From: Candidatus Micrarchaeota archaeon | Lineage (GTDB): Archaea > Micrarchaeota > Micrarchaeia > Norongarragalinales > UBA97 | NCBI GenBank assembly: GCA_016194335.1 | Contig: JACQBR010000012.1 | Span: 5,448-69,447 of the forward strand | Reading direction: 5' to 3' | Length of the DNA stretch: 64,000 nucleotides | In this document: positions 7,693 through 22,600 of the stretch, piece after piece | Layout: each line of letters starts with the position of its first letter | How positions within the stretch are numbered: position 1 is the first letter of the stretch | Program-made: the position numbers and the translations under genes | Notes under the pieces: generated by a model | The model's input: the letters and a program-made list of their open reading frames with translations, nothing else | What the model was told of the DNA's origin: nothing | The model's database searches: none

Positions 7693-10600
7693 TCATGTCG
7701 GGGAGATTGGAGTCACCGTAATCTTGCCAAAACCATTCGTAACGGGTGTGGGCGCGGGCTGGAAGACCGAGTTGTAAAGCGCGAGGGCCTCCTGGTCGGG
7801 CTTGGTCGGCTCTTCCTTCTTTGCCGCGGGTTTCGCTGCGGGCTTGTCCTCTGCGCTTGGCTTGAAAGTCGGGCGCTTGGCACTCGCCGCCGCTCCCGCC
7901 GTTGCGGGGGTTGTCTGCACGGGCTTGGAGTTGAACCCGAGCACGAGGGTGTAGCGCCCGTCGGCCTTCTGCACCATGTTCACGCACGCCTTGTTCCCGT
8001 CATCCGCCTTGCAGAAGTTTTCGTAAACCTGCGTCGTAATGCAGCCGCCCTGCGCGTTGCCCTCGCAATAGCGGTGGACGCTGGGCAGGCCGTTGGAAAG
8101 AGTGCCGCCCGGCGGGTTGTGAAGCACGACAATGTCGCTCACTCCCGCATACGCAAGCGCCTCGACGGGCTTGACGTTAGCGGAGACGCCCAACGCCGCG
8201 ACAAACTGCGCAAGCGTCCCCACGCCCTTGAGGACGTTGACCAAGCGCTTGGCCTTGGCTGCTGCAATAACCCCTTCTGAAACGCCCACAACGGTTCCCT
8301 TGAGGGCATTTCTCTCCGCATTGATGAAAAGAACTTTGACATCGTTGTGCCACTTATCCAGCGTATCGATGATTTTCATATCCTTCTTTATGCCTGTGCT
8401 TTTCGCTTCGACTTCAGCAACGAATTCGGGCGTGAATACCTCCTCCAGCGTTTGAGTAGGAAATGCCTCCTTCAAACCCGGACCCCACTGAAGCGGCTTG
8501 CTTGCATCGCCCAGCTTGGAGCGTATGGCATCCAAACTCGCCTTGTCTTTGAAGATGCTCTTGCCCCCCGGAGGGAACTTAAGCTCCCCGAATTCCTTCG
8601 CCGCGGCCCTGCCGTAATTCCTTGCCGAAACCTCCAAAGCGGGCTTGATGGCGGTTTGGAAGCGAGTCATTTGGACGGAGTCAAAAACAATCTTGGAAGC
8701 TACTCCGGCGCCCAAACCGTACTTTAACGTCGGAGGTGCTACCCCTGGCCTTACGCTCATCACTTCCGACAGTGCATCTTTAATTGCGCGAGGGTCGTGA
8801 GGAAACTTCCCCCCGTCAACCTGCGCCTTCCATTCCTGAATAAATCCTTTTATGAACTCGTTCTTGTCGTCAAGCTTTGTTGATGCAAACTGGGCGTCGG
8901 TGAAGAATTCCCGCGATAACTGGCGGTAAAGAATGGCACTCGGCACTGCCGACTGTTCTATCGCCCTCCCCACCTGGAACGTCGCGCGCCTGCCGGCGAC
9001 AAATGCGGGCGCGGCTTGCTCGCCAAAGAATGAGGAAGTGGCTTCGCCAGCTCCAATGAGCGCAACGTTTGGAATGCTAAGCGTCCCCTCCCTGCTCGCC
9101 TCGCTCACGATGTTCCTTCCCACCGATGCGAAGCTATTTGTGACTGCGGCCGCGCCCGTCGCGCCTTTTGCAACGGTAAAACCGCTTTGGGAAAGCCCGC
9201 CGAGGATGATGCTGGAGAAGACATTCTGCACGCAGGAATTTATCACGCGGCACTCACCTCCAGAAGCGCTGCCCGTATGGATTGTTGCGCCTGCTCCAGA
9301 AGGTATTAGGCTTATGCCGCAGGTAATCCCGCCGGACGCCAATGCCTTGCCGGTGTAAGTGGCGAACCAGCCTAACGCCCCCGCCAGCGGAAGCAATCCT
9401 GCTGCAGTAGCCGCGCCTGCGGCCGTGGTAAGCGCGGCTGTCACGGCCAAGCCGCCTCCGAACACCGTACCCAGCTGTGAGATGCCGTGCTGGGTGCAGA
9501 ATCCGGGCCCGTCGTAGTAAGTGCTTTTCACAAACCCGAATTCGTCCCCGCGCGCCTGGACGTCCTGGTTGTACAGGGCGTTAAACGCGCTGATGGCCAC
9601 GCGCTCGTCGTCCTTGCTGTCGTCCCCACCGTAAGGCCCGGTTTGGAACGCGCCGAGGAACGGCAGGATGCTTAGGGAACTGATGCTCTCAAGCCCCTTG
9701 CTGCCGAACCGGCTGGCCACTGCTATGGGACTCCAGCTTACCTGCTCCCTGCCCACTATAACTTCAGGGTCGGTGAGCTGGTCAGTCGCCCGCGGCTCGC
9801 CGGAAAGCAGCGCGAAGTTTGAAATCTTGCCGTCGCACGAGGCGACTTTCCTGATTTTTGAATTGAAGTTGACTGCATTGAGCCACGCAAAGTGGTCGTT
9901 AGCGCCCTGCTGGAAGAAGTTTGACGGCACGTCGGGCAGGTTCACGCGCGTCTCGATGAGGTAAATGCCGCAGGAACTCAAGTCCTCCCCATCCATCCTG
10001 ACGCCGTTGCCTGCAGGCAGCCACTTCCCTCCGCTGAACGCTTCCCTCCCCGCTTTTGCCAAATCGTCTTTAGAAACGGCCGCGGGCCCGGCTTTTTGGA
10101 CTACCAGCGTCTTTACCACGCTGCCGCCCACGCTCTTGGTGAAAGTCTCCGCGGCCTTGAGGTCGGTGGCGGTTGGAGAATGGCTTATGAAAACGCCGTC
10201 CATCGCGTCCCTAAGGGCGGAAATGTGCGACTTGAAAGTCTCGGCCACCTGCTCATTCGAGCAGAAGTATTCCTCGCACCGCGTGAAGTCGGCAGTGGAG
10301 GCCGAGGTGGAGCCTGCCGGAGTGCCCGTGTTGGCATTGACGGGAGTGGAGGATTGGAATTGGAGGACGGAAGTTCGTTTCCCTCCGCCATCCCCCTTAA
10401 GGCTTATTGCCGAAAGTTGGGAAAGCGAGTCGGCGTCCTGAACCAACCCGGCTTTCTTGGGGACGCAGGATTTCGTTGCCTTGTCGTAATCCATTGCAAT
10501 TTTTGGATCAGTGCAGCAAATGTCGCGAGGGTGGAATGAATCCTTAGCGCCGTTGCCTTCGCAGAACATCGCCTTTTCCTTATTGTTAAGTTTGGCCGCG

Positions 10601-13600
10601 TCAGCGCCTTGAGCATCTGATGCGCAGTGGCCTCCCGGCACGGACAGCGCGGCTCCCGATTCGCTTGAGAACTGGCAATTCTCGTTGCCTTCTGCAACCG
10701 CCGCAGCCGGCTTCTGCTCCGCGCCTGAAGCGGGAGTTCCGGGCGTGATGGAAATGGATGGCTTGTTCTCCTGCGCATTTGCATTCGCGCCTGCGGGGGG
10801 CTCGCGCGTTACAATCGATTTTATTGTTGGTTGCGACCGAGTGAGGGCCGGGCAACTGAGAGAATTGACTGCCGTGGGACAGAGCGTCCCCTGCGGCGAG
10901 CCGGTTGCCTTGTAGAATGCGTAAGCCCCGTTCTGCGCGTCTGGCTTAAAGACGTTGAACCGCACGGTCACCACCGTCTTGTCGTCCGTCTTGGCACCAC
11001 CAGCACCATCGTCTTTCAGGACGGTTCCGGTGATGGAAAGTTCGGCGTCGAAAATTTGCTGCTTGCCGTCGGCCATAGTCTTGGGCAACTCCGCGGCGGG
11101 AGAGCAGGCGGCGAGGGCGGATGTTCCTTTCTGGAGTTTTTGCCCGTCAATCTCCGGCCCCGCAAACGACGGGCCGATGCCTGCGTTGAGTTTGGAAATG
11201 TCGGTGGAATCGGGCACAATCCTGCATATGATGCCGCCGGCCTTGCCTTCAGGCCACTTTGCCGAAAGCGAGATTGGCGTGATGAGGTTGTTCACGATTG
11301 CGAAGTATTGCGTCTGGCCGGGTTCGGGCGTCTTGAAGAAAATCCCGCCTCCTTCCATCGTCTGGGTTTCAGTTGATGTATCTATCGAGCTTGCGTGCGT
11401 AACGTGAAAGCCGTTGAGCCGCAGGCGCCGGTTGAGTTCCGCGGCGTTCTCGCACTTGCCGGTGTCCTTCTTCACCTCAATCTTGATTTTCAGCTCGTTG
11501 GACTGCACGGCCGCGCCGGGCGTGGCGCCTGCCTGCTGCTTTCCCGAAAACTTCACCGTCCCTGTAATCGCGTTCTCGCCCGTGTGGTCCTGCGTGACGC
11601 AGCCGGTGACGGGGTCGGTGATTCCCGCATCCAGCGGGATGGTTGCAACGACGTCCACGAATCCTGGTTCGGTGCGCACGCCGGGAATGAACGGATCGCG
11701 CGCGTTCTTATCACTCCCGCCCGCCTTGAACCAAGCGATGTTCTTCACGTCAAACCAGCCTTGCGAACCGGCAGTCCCCGCGAATGCAGTCTGGTCGATA
11801 AGCAGGTTGACTCCCACTGCGCCGAGGTTGGTGAGTTTCGCCTTCATGCTCTGCGGCTTGAGGCCGTCAGTGCCGTCGGTGAAGGCGAATTGCAGCTCGT
11901 CGGGATGCTCGGTTGAATCCGCCTCGGCAAGCAGCTGCGGCGTCCCTTCGGCAGAGCCGGGGTTGACCTTCACAGTCCCCACTGAAGAGGGGTTGGCGCA
12001 AAGCGTGAAGACCACGGGCTTGCCGGTCTTCACGTCAACAGCGGGCTTGGTGTGGGCCTCGTGCGTCTTCTCGTGCTCAATCTCGAAATCGCGGCGGTCG
12101 TCCACGCACGCGTCGTTGCTCGGGCGCTTCTGGTCACAGCCGGCGGCGCCCACGTTCCCGAACTGCATTTTCTCCGTCCCGCCAACGAGGCCGAGGATTT
12201 CCTGCGAGCCGGCAAATTCGGAAACCTGCCTGCACTTTTCCTGATCGGGGAATGTCACCACTCCCGATGCGATGCTCGTGGGGCTTTCACCAACGGAGTC
12301 GAGCGGAAGGATGAACCGCGTGATGGTGGGGAAGAACATCGTGATTTGCCGCGCCGACTCGTCCGTGGGGTTGCAGGCGGCGAGGGTGATTTGTGCTCCG
12401 GAAGAAAATTCAATGAACTTGCGGTCGCCTGCGGCCAGGCTAGGCCGGACGCGGGCGTTGGTGACGGTAACCTGGATGCTTTGGGGAAGGATGGCGCGCC
12501 TGGTGGTTGCCGAAGTAGTTTCGAAAACCACAGGGCTGGCGCACGATTGCATCGTGGCAACTGCCGCGCCGCCCCTTTGTTCAACCGTTGCGCTTCCCAC
12601 GTCAATGTAGCCCCTGAACGGCGCCTTGAGCACGAGCTGGCCGGGCCGCTCGCCCGTGAGGCTCACCAAGGAAGTTTCGGCAAAGGAAAATCTCACTGGA
12701 GTGCCTGCGGGGATGGAGAGTGAAAGCAACGACGACGCTGCGCTGCGGGTGGAAGGCGCGCCGAGGCCGGGGAGCGAAGCCGGGCCAAGGGCGGAGGGAG
12801 AGCCGCCCTGCTGGGAGGGGTTGGAAGAGCCGGACTGAAGCTGGCCGAAAGCGTTTTGCCCGCTGCCGCCCGAAAAGCCTGTGCTTGGAGAGAATTGGGC
12901 AAACCTGCTTGCAGCTTGCGCGCCCGCGGGGCCGATGCCGGGGATGAAGACATTCACGCCGTTTTCAAGCTTGAGGGCGTATTCGGCGCCCACTTTGGCG
13001 ATTTGCGCCTTTGGCGAGTAGAAAATGTTCCACGCGAACGGGAAGATGAGGGAATAGCCGTCGGGCGTTGCGGAGGCCCACTCCTGCTGGATCAGGAAGT
13101 TTGAGCCTTCTTCCACTGAAATCATCTTGTCCGCGCCAAGGCGGGATGAAAACGGCGAATTGGATGGGCCTGTTGCCGAAGACGAGCCCAATCCCGCTCC
13201 GCCAGTTCCCGCAAATCCCGAAAGGCCCATCCCTCCCTGCGGGAATGCAATCCTGCCCCCTCCCCGCAGCTGGAAGATTGTCGCCTGGGTTTGCGGGTCG
13301 CTATACTGCCTCGCGCCAGGGAGGGAAAACTGCGCCTTTGCTGGAAACGACTTGATTTCCTGAAGCCCGTCGGTGCTGAAGTCTATTGGATGCAGTTCAA
13401 TTGTGCTGAAGGCCGGAAGGGAGTAGGTTACCCTGTTGTTCCTCGCGTCAATCACGGGCCGCGCGTTCTTGGGAAGGAGAAGCTCGTCAAAATCGCCTGC
13501 AATCACATAACCCCGGTCTTCCGGCGCAACTGCCTTGCCCCCCGCCACGGTGAGGGTGAGGCCAAGTGGCAGGAGAAGCCTCCAGCCGCTTGCGTATGCT

Positions 13601-16600
13601 GAATTCTCGCGACGCAACTTGGATGCGGAATCCGCCCTTGCCGCAAGCGGGAGAAACATCGCGTAAGAGGGGCTTATCGAAACGCCTTGCGGCACGCTTA
13701 CCGAGCGGGTCCCGCCGCCGAGTGAAGCAGCTGAAGCCGCGGCGGAAGCTGCGGTGATTGTGGAGGTTGCTGATTGGGAGCCTGCGAATGAGCCTGCGAA
13801 TGAATTGGCTGAAGTCTGGGAGCCTGCGAATGAGCCTGCGAATGAATTGGCTGAATTGAGCGTGTTTCCGGCGCCGAAAATGATTCCCAGCCCGTCGCCG
13901 AGTTTCACCACAAGCGTGCCGTCGTTACCCGCCTGGAATACCTTGGCATTGTCGGGAATGGAGAACACCGCGTCGGCAGGGAGGAATACCGGCTCGAGGT
14001 TGCTTCCGATGCTTGCGTCAATCGGCTGCACCTGCACCAAAGCGCCTGCCGCGAGCTTGGATGCGAACCGCTCCTTGCCGGAGGCGTCCGCAGTTTTCTC
14101 AACGGGAATGATTTTCGGAATTATGAGTTCAGTCGCCCCCTCGAGAATCGACTTTGTCGAATCGGCATTGTCAATGGGGGAAGTGGATGAGGTGAGGATG
14201 ATGTTCGCCGGCGCGGTGAACTTGAGCACGCGGAATTTCGTGCCCCTCGAATCGGCCGAGCTGGAAGTGGAGAGAAGCTCCTGCGAGGGGTAGAACACCG
14301 TGCCTGCGGGGAGGGAAATCCCTTCGGCCTTCACGGCCATGTCGGCGTTGAACGTAATCGTGCCGCGGGTGAATTGCACGATGAAAGTCCCGTCCTGCGC
14401 CTTGGGCAGCACGCGGGCAGTTGGAGGAATTTGGAGAAGCGCGTCAATGGGAAGCGAGAAGGCCACGCGGCCGCCTGCAGGCACTTGGCTGAGGATGAGG
14501 GGGATGACGGAAATCCTCCCGCCCGCCTGCACTGAATACACCTGCATCCCCTGGTCACCCTTTTCGCGAAGCGGCGGCGAAACGCCGGCAGGCAGGCGCA
14601 GCTCCGTGTCCGAAAGGATGACGCTTGTCGAGCCGTCGGCATTCGCGTATGCCTTCGCATCGCCGGGGACCTTGATTGTTGAAGGGACGGGAAGGGCGAG
14701 GGAATACGCGGGAAAGCCAGCGGAGCTCACAAGCGACTGCTCGCGCAGTGAAGCGGCGGAGGCCGGGAGTGGCGAGACGATTCCGGGGCTGAACGTGACC
14801 GTGTCGCCCTGCTGGATGAGCACTTCGCTGAGTTGCGGCCTCACGCCCTGCTGGCCGAACTGCACTTTCCTCGCGTCGACAATGAGGTCGCGGTCGAAAA
14901 CCACCCGGCCGCCGTTGCCGAAATCAACCGTGCGCGAGCCGTCGGGAGCAAGGGGAAGCACCCTCGACGCGGCGCCAAGTTGCAGCGTGAGCTCAAAGGG
15001 AAGCGTAATGTGGTCGCCTGCAATCCTGCCGCTGTAAATGGGAAGCACGCGGACGGGCGCAAAGCCGGGGACGTAAAGCTGCTGCACGCCCACGCCACCT
15101 GAGAGTTGCGAAAGCGGCGCCGGGGAACTGCCCGGCGGGAAACGGATTTCCGTAGTTGCGTCAAAAACGCTCAGCGTCCCGTCGGGATTGTTGTAAAACG
15201 CGCTTTGCGAACGGACTACGGCCTTGAACGCTGCGGGGAGGGAAAACTCGTAGCTCGCAGCCTGGCCAAACGAAGACCACGAGTCGAAGGCAAGCGGGCG
15301 GTAGAGCTGGGGGGTGAGGACAATTTGGCTTGAGGAGGGGACGAGGAGAACGTTCGAACGCTGGGAGGCCGACGCTGCCAATGCGGAATAAGGCGATTGG
15401 TAGGGAATGCCGCCGGGGTTGGCGTAGGGCGATGCGAACTGCCCTGCGAAAGGCTGGAATGCGTTGAAGGTGTTGAATCCCGACGGGAAACCCAGCCCGC
15501 CCAACCCCCCGAATCCCCCCAGCCCCGCTGCGCCAACTGCCGTTGGGGTGGTGAGGGAAGCGCCTGAGAATTTTGCGCGCATTCCCCCTGCAAATTCCAC
15601 TGCCAGCCCGCCTGGCGCGTTCTCGTCCACGAGGGCGTCGGGCGGCAGTTCCATCTGGATTTCAAACGGAAGGATAAGCGCAGGGCCGAGCACGTTGAGG
15701 CCGAAGGGCGCCGAAGTGATGCGGCCGCCTGCCGGAACGGTCGCAACGATTCCGCGCGCGTCGCGAGTGGGAACGCCGGCGCCCGTGAGGATAATCTGCG
15801 TCCCGAGGCCTTGGACCGTTGCAATGAGGGAACCTCCACGCCGGACGATTCTCGATTCCTGCGGGAGGATTACGGTTGCGGCAAAAGGCATCACCACCTC
15901 GCGCCCGCCGTTCTGCCTCTCGGCCACGAGGTTCGGCGGGAGAAGGGCGTTGGTGCCCTGCGGCCATTGGATAGTCCTGCTTGAGGACGCACCCGCCTTC
16001 TGCGCAGACGCGCCGGGGAATTGCGCCACGCTGCCGTCTGGGAGAAACACGGTCACCCCGCCGCCCTTTTCCACCACGCGGCCGCTTGGAGGGATTGAAA
16101 GCGTCACGTCAAGCGGCAGGCTCACCGCAACGTTGCCGTCGAAACTTATTTGCCCAAGGGGCTGCACCTGCACTTGAGTGTTGGGAGGGACTTCCGCAAC
16201 GTTGCTGCCCGCGGACGGGACGAACTGCGTGATGCGCGGCAGGGTGATGACGAGGTTGGCATCCTGCAAGACCGCCTGGGAATGGCCCGTCTGGGTGGAG
16301 AGGATTTCCGCGTCAAGCGGCACGCCCAATTGCGAGCGCATTGGGAGGGAGAATGAAAACGCGCCGTTTGGAAGCGGCCTGAAGAAGTCTGGCGAGTCGG
16401 GCACTGAAACTTGCGTGCCTTGCGGCGCGACAACCGTGGCAATGCCGGTTGCCGAAGCGGGCGAGAGCTCCGCGGGAGTGGCGAAGGTGATGACCTCATC
16501 GCTTGAGAGCCACACGCCAATTATCCCTCCGGTGTCTTCCGGCTTGCTCACGCGCAGGGCGGGGGGCACGTCAATTGAAAGCTGGGCTGGAAGGACAAAG

Positions 16601-19600
16601 GCCCTGTTCGCCCTCGCGGCGAGATGAATCTCGTCAATGGGGTTGGGCGGCTTGGCTGTTTGCTCCACAACCTGCCCCACCTGCCCCGCCGGGACTCCCC
16701 CCACTGCAGCGTAGAAGTTGGTGACGGCATTTGCGGGCATGCTCGCGATGGAAATTCCCTTGTCGTCGGTGGTGATGCGGCCGGTGCGCGGGAATGCCAC
16801 CACGATGTCCTTGAGCTCCAGAAGCGTCGTGCCGTCCTTCTGCACGGTGGTCTTGCCCGATGCGGGAAGGACGAACGAGTAGGGAGTGGGAAGGACGAAG
16901 CGGTAGTCCCGCACGGACGCCGAGAGGGAAGACGCGCGGATGGGAATGATGACGCCGGGGGTGAATACCACGGGCGTGTTTTCAGGCGCGCGGACTACGT
17001 TGCCCTGCAATACCGAGCCCGTGCCGAAAAGGCCCCGCGCGCCGGGAAACTCGGCGTACACCTGTCCGTCGGGACGCGTGCGCGAAAGCGCGCCTTGCGG
17101 AAGCGCCACTGCAAGCTCGAGGGGAAGCGTGCGCTCCTCTCCCAGGACAAAGAATTCCTTCGGCTCGATTGAAAGGGCCATTCCCGCCTGCAAGAGAGCG
17201 GTGCCGCCCTTTTCCCTGGGAGTGAGCTTCGCGCTTGAGGGGATGGTGGCCTTGAACGAATCGCCCACCAGCACGGTCGCCTTTTCCGCACGCAGCACCT
17301 GCACGCTCTCGTCAAATGAAATCACAAGCGCGTAGGGAAGGGTGGCTGAAACCGCGCCGTTTGCCCCACCAGCAGCCCCGCCTGCCACGCTGAACTTGCC
17401 GCCGGGAAGCAAAAGCGCGCTGCCCGCCGGAATGCGCACGAAGGAAGAGAATGCATTGGAGGCGGACGATGGGTTTGGTTGTGATTGTGCATTGGAAGTT
17501 CCAGGATTGGACGAACTTGCAGGGGCCAACGCTATTGAACCGATGGAATTCACGTCCTGCAGGGCAAGTTCGGCAGGCGCGGAGAACCCAACGGGCGTGC
17601 CGTCGGGAAGCAGGACCGCGACGCCTTGCGTGGTCTGTTTTGCACGCGCCTCAAAAGGCAGGGGGACGGTGGCGTCGAAAGGCAGCGTGAGCCGCGAGAG
17701 GCTCTCGAGCCTGATTTCGGGAACCGCACTGATGCGCGTACTGGCGGAAGGCGAGAGCGCGTCGGTGAAGAGGAGGCCGGGATACTGGCCCTTGGGCGTG
17801 AGGGCTGCTGATTTGGAAAGGTGCAGGTCGTAGGACGGCAGCGCGGCGACTTTTTCCGACTGGGCCTCGACGATTTTGGTCCCTGCCGGAATGCCGATTG
17901 AATAGGGCAGGGCCGGCCGGAGGACAAACCCGCCGTCTGAAGCATAGGTGATGTAACCCTGCGGGAATGATGCCTTGCTTGATGCGGGGATGAACGCCTG
18001 CCTCGAACCGTCCAACTCCTGACTGCCTACCGAAGCGTCGGGCGAGAGGGAAATCACCTCGCCGCTAAAGAGGGCGATTGTCTTTGCACCCCCGGCCTCC
18101 TCGTAACGCGCGTCGGGAGGGATGGAGAGGATGAGCGCAACCGGAAGGGAGTAAAACGAATTTCTTGAGGTTGCAGCCCGCAAGTCAATTGGGGTGAATG
18201 AGAACTGCGCGTTGGGTTGGATGGCCGCCACCCGCACGGACTCGCCTTGGGAAATTTGCGCGTCGGAGGGAAGCGAAAGGTCAAAACCGGGAAGGAACGC
18301 CACGATGCTTCCCGAGCGCTGGGCAAGCTGGATGTCGCGGTCAAGCTCAAGGGCAACGGGAATGGGAAACTTCAGCGAATAGCCTCCCGACGCGCCTGCG
18401 GACATCACTGAAGGCGGCAGGAGGAGGGGGGCGTTGGCCGGAAGGGAAACTTCAAGCGAACCGTCCGAATTTGCGGTTTGCCTCACCGCCTCGGCGGGAA
18501 AGCCGAAAACCGCGCCGCTTGGAAGCTGGGCCGAGAATGTCGAGTCGGGGTTGGATGAGGCGATGGTGTTGGCGGGAAGCGAAAGCCTCACGGGAATGGG
18601 AATGCGCGCCATTGCGTTGCCCCGCGTGTCGAGGCGGCCAAGCGGGCTTACTATAATGGGCGTGGAGGCGGGAATGGAGACGGTGCGGCCTTCCGACGCG
18701 CCGGGCGCGCCTGAAAACGATGCGCTTTGGGGGAGGGACACCTGCAGGCTTCCCAAAAGCACCACGCTTTTCCCGTTTGCATTAACCACTGCAACGTCGG
18801 CCGGAACCACCAATGACGACGCGACGGGAAGCGTGAGGGTGAGCACTTGCGTCGCGAGGTCCAACACCGCCTGCGGCGCCTCGACGATAATTTCCTTGCC
18901 GAAGGGAACCTCGATTTTCCTTCCCTGTCCCTGCACTACCGACTCGCTGGAGAACGCGATGAGGCTCCCGCTTGAAAGCTGCATTGCCGTGCTGCCGTCG
19001 TCATTCGGCCTTACCTTGGCATCGGCAGGCGCGGTTATGCGCAGCGTGAGTGGAAGCGTCACGCGAACGGGGTTGGGCGGCATGCAGGTGCCGCTCGCGC
19101 CAATCGTGAGCGAAACGGGGAGAGTGCGTTTTGAAGTGAGCCCCTGGAACGACGCCCATAGTGCGAGCGTGCCGCCCTGGCGGGACTCGTCGAAAATGCA
19201 CGAGCCGGGATTGCGCGATGCGGGGTCGGCGGATGCCGTGAGGGTGAAAGAGCCGGACTGGCCCGGAGGAATTTCAAGCGAGAGCGGCTCGATGCGCAAT
19301 CCCCTCAGGCTGCTCAACTCCTCGTTGACCAGAAGCGGGTGGGGCGCGTCGTTGCTTACGGTAACCAATTGCGAGCCGTCGGCCTTGAGGGGCGGGGAGA
19401 GCTTTATCTCAACGGATTGCACATCCACTCGCCACGAGGAATCAATGGGCTGTTGGGAAATCTTCGCGCTTGCCACAAACGGGATTTCAACCGCCTGGCG
19501 CACGCCGCCCGCGCTTGCCGAAACGCGCACCCTCCCGCGCACGGTTTCCTCCAGCTGGCCGCCCTTTTGCGAGAGGCCCAATACGAAATCGGAAATGCGC

Positions 19601-22600
19601 GCCTGCAGCAGGGCGTTGAACGCCCCCCTCGCGGGCACGCGGACCGACTCCTGCGGGAGTGCGGAAATGTCGAGAATCTTGGGGATGGAATCTTTCGAGA
19701 CGCTGATGGAAAAGCCCACTTCGTTTTCAAGCAGGTTCTCAACCGTGACGGGCGCGCTTGCAACCTCGCCCTTTGCCGCCACGCTCAGCTCCACGCCCGC
19801 CTCCTTGGCAGCGATGAAGTTTTTCGCAGTGACGGGAATGCGCGTGCGTGAAATTGAAAAACCCGATGCCTCCGCCGAAAGCGCCACGCCCCCCACTGAC
19901 GATGGCGAAATGGCATCGGCAACGTAAGTGCCCCGCTCGGCAGGGTCTTCAACGGCCTCGACCACCCGGCCGAGCGCGTCGTCCTGCACGCCGCCGAGCA
20001 CCACGCGCGCCTTGCCCACGGGAATGCCGAGGGAATCCCTCACCTTCACCTTCACTTGCGAAGGCACGAGGGCGGTGAACGAAAGCGGTGCGTACTGCAC
20101 GGAAAGCGACTGGACGCCCTGGGAATTCACGCGGACGAAAAACGTCTTTTGGTACGCCACGGTGCCGTCCTTCTTCAGGGTGAGGGCGAGGGCGGCGTTG
20201 TTCGACACCCTCTGGCTGCGCAGGGAGAACGAAACGCCGTTGCCCGAAATCGGGATGGAGGCAGTTGAGGAATCGTCATCGGCCTTCACCGGCGGCGACT
20301 GCACCCCCCCGGACTGCGCGTTTTCAACATTGATGGAAATGCCCGCGGACTGCAGCGCCGCTTCGGAAGTGCCGTTGGCGCCCAGCACGAGGACGCGGAG
20401 GTAAAACTGCTTTGCCACCTCGCTCTCGAACCCCGGCGCGGGCATTGCCGTGCCGTCCTGCTCGAACGAGGCGGCCACGCACAACCCGTTTTGGCAGATG
20501 CCCTCAAAACCGATGTTGGCCGATTCGGAAAGCGCGTTTGCCAGAAGCTCGCTTTTCTTCACTCCCGCGTCGGCATCGTCGGGATTGCGCAGCACCGTGG
20601 GCGCTTCGGTGCCTGCGCCCGCGACGTAGGCAGTGCGGTAATTGAGCGTTGCCTTGCCGGCAGTTACCTGCGCGGTTTGCACGATTACGGAAATTTCCCT
20701 CGTTCCGGAAAACTTGCCGAACACCGCCTCGACCCACGCGAGCTTGCCAGAGGCATCCTGGTTGGCGTTCTGCGTCGCGGCCTGGGCAGCTGCCTGCACC
20801 GAGGTTTGCACTACCGGCGGGAATGGGGATAGTTGGGATGCTGCCGATTGGCTTGTTGGGGATGGAGATGACGATGGGTTTTGCTGGCCCGTTGAAGATG
20901 GAGATTGCGCCGATGGGTTTGTTCCCGCTGCCCCGGCCGCCCCAAGGGAATCGGCTGCCGTTAAGGCCGCAAGCGCTGGAGGCACGAAATTCCTTGCAGC
21001 TTCGAAGTCCGCCCCGTAAAGCACGCGGCCCGCGCCAGGCGCGTCAAACCCCACAATCACGGCATTCTTGGAAGCGAGGGAATCGCCTGCACTTCCGATT
21101 GAGACGAACGCGTGCGCCTCGTCAAAATCGATTGGCGCGGCGCGGAGGATGAACCTCGCGCGGTATTGCGAAGCCGGCGCGAGGGTGCCAACCCTGTTTC
21201 CGGCAAGGTCGTAAAATCCCGCGAATTCCATTCTCGTCCCAGACGCGAGGGCCGAGGGAATGAGTTCCGCCCGCACTTTCGCCTCGGAATTTGCGGTGAT
21301 TGCAAAGGAGCTGGTGAAGAAATCGTCATACCCCCCGGCTCGGACCACCGCCGTTGCGCCCTGGCCTTCCGGCGCGTCGATGAGGCAAGTGCCTGCCGAG
21401 TCGGTGACGCAGGTGAGCGAAGGGGCTTTGGAGGAAGCTGAAGACGGCGATGGACTGGAATACGCACCTGTTGGTGAGGTTGGGGATGAAGAGCCTGCGG
21501 AAGCTGTTGATGAAGCTTGGGCCGATGCGGTTGCCGAGGTTCCTGAAGTTGATGGAGCTGATTGGTATGGCAATCCCGCAATTGAAAGCGCCACCCTCGC
21601 TCCCGAAACGGGCTTGAGGCCGTAGTGGTCCAGCACGAGCAGCCGCGCCTTTCCCGTCCCGCGTGCGAGGGAAATTTCAACCGATGCGTTGCCCGATTGC
21701 ATTGCAAACGCGGCCTCCCCCAAACGGCCTTGCACCGACGCGACTGCAACCAGCGCGGTTGCCGGAACGTCGTCAAAATACTGCACCCCGTCCGGGCCGG
21801 TGATTCTCTCGCCCGTTCCCAATGGGGTGCGGTCCTTGGAGTAGAGGGCGATGCTCGCGCCGCCCGCGTCGCTGCCGTCGTAATTCCCCGCGTGGGCCTT
21901 GAGCCTGCCGCTGTTCTGCGCCGTGGCCTTTGCCAACGCGATTTTTTTCTGCGGGCCTGAAACCGACGGGATGAACAGCGGGAGAAATCCCGGGGCGTAC
22001 GCGCTTAGGGCGTAGGAAGACTTGGAATCGGCCTTGAAGTCGTAAGTGCCGTCAAACGGCTTTTCCTCGTCGGCAATGGAATACTGGCCCGAAGGCGTTT
22101 TGGAATAAAGCCTCAACAGCGGGTTTTCAACGAGCTTGGCACCGTCCGCGGCGGAGTCGTAAACCTCAACGTGAAGCGTGGAGGGGCCTTCCGCCTTGCG
22201 CACCTGCACTTCCACGGTAGTGTCGGCGGCAACGGTGATTGAATCGCTTGCGTTGGCGGCATACCCGTCCCTCGACGCCTTGAGCACAACCACCTGCCCA
22301 AGGTCGGTCTCGGAAGTTTGCGTCATTCCGTCGTCGGCAGTTGCGAGGTTGGCAACCATCGCCCTCGTCGCCGCGTCCCGCACTTCAACTTGCGCGGCCG
22401 GAACGGGCTTTCTCTTCCCGTCGGCAATTTCGAAAACAAACGCCTTTACCGTCCCGCGCTTTGCAGTTGGAATTGCCTGGAGCGCAATAGCGCCGAGGAA
22501 CGAGTCGCCGGAGCCCGAAACCTGGTTGGTAAGCGTCTTGTCGGTGAATCCCGGCGCGCTAATCTTGACGTGGAAAGTGGCGTTGGCGTCGAGGGTGAAA

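Noticed and set aside
18434-19927. A 497-aa plus-strand ORF, and many other 100-250-aa ORFs, lie antisense or out of frame within the giant gene.
   Set aside because: They are Ala/Arg/Pro/Gly/Ser-rich, entirely nested in a much longer coherent frame, and typical of shadow ORFs in GC-rich DNA.
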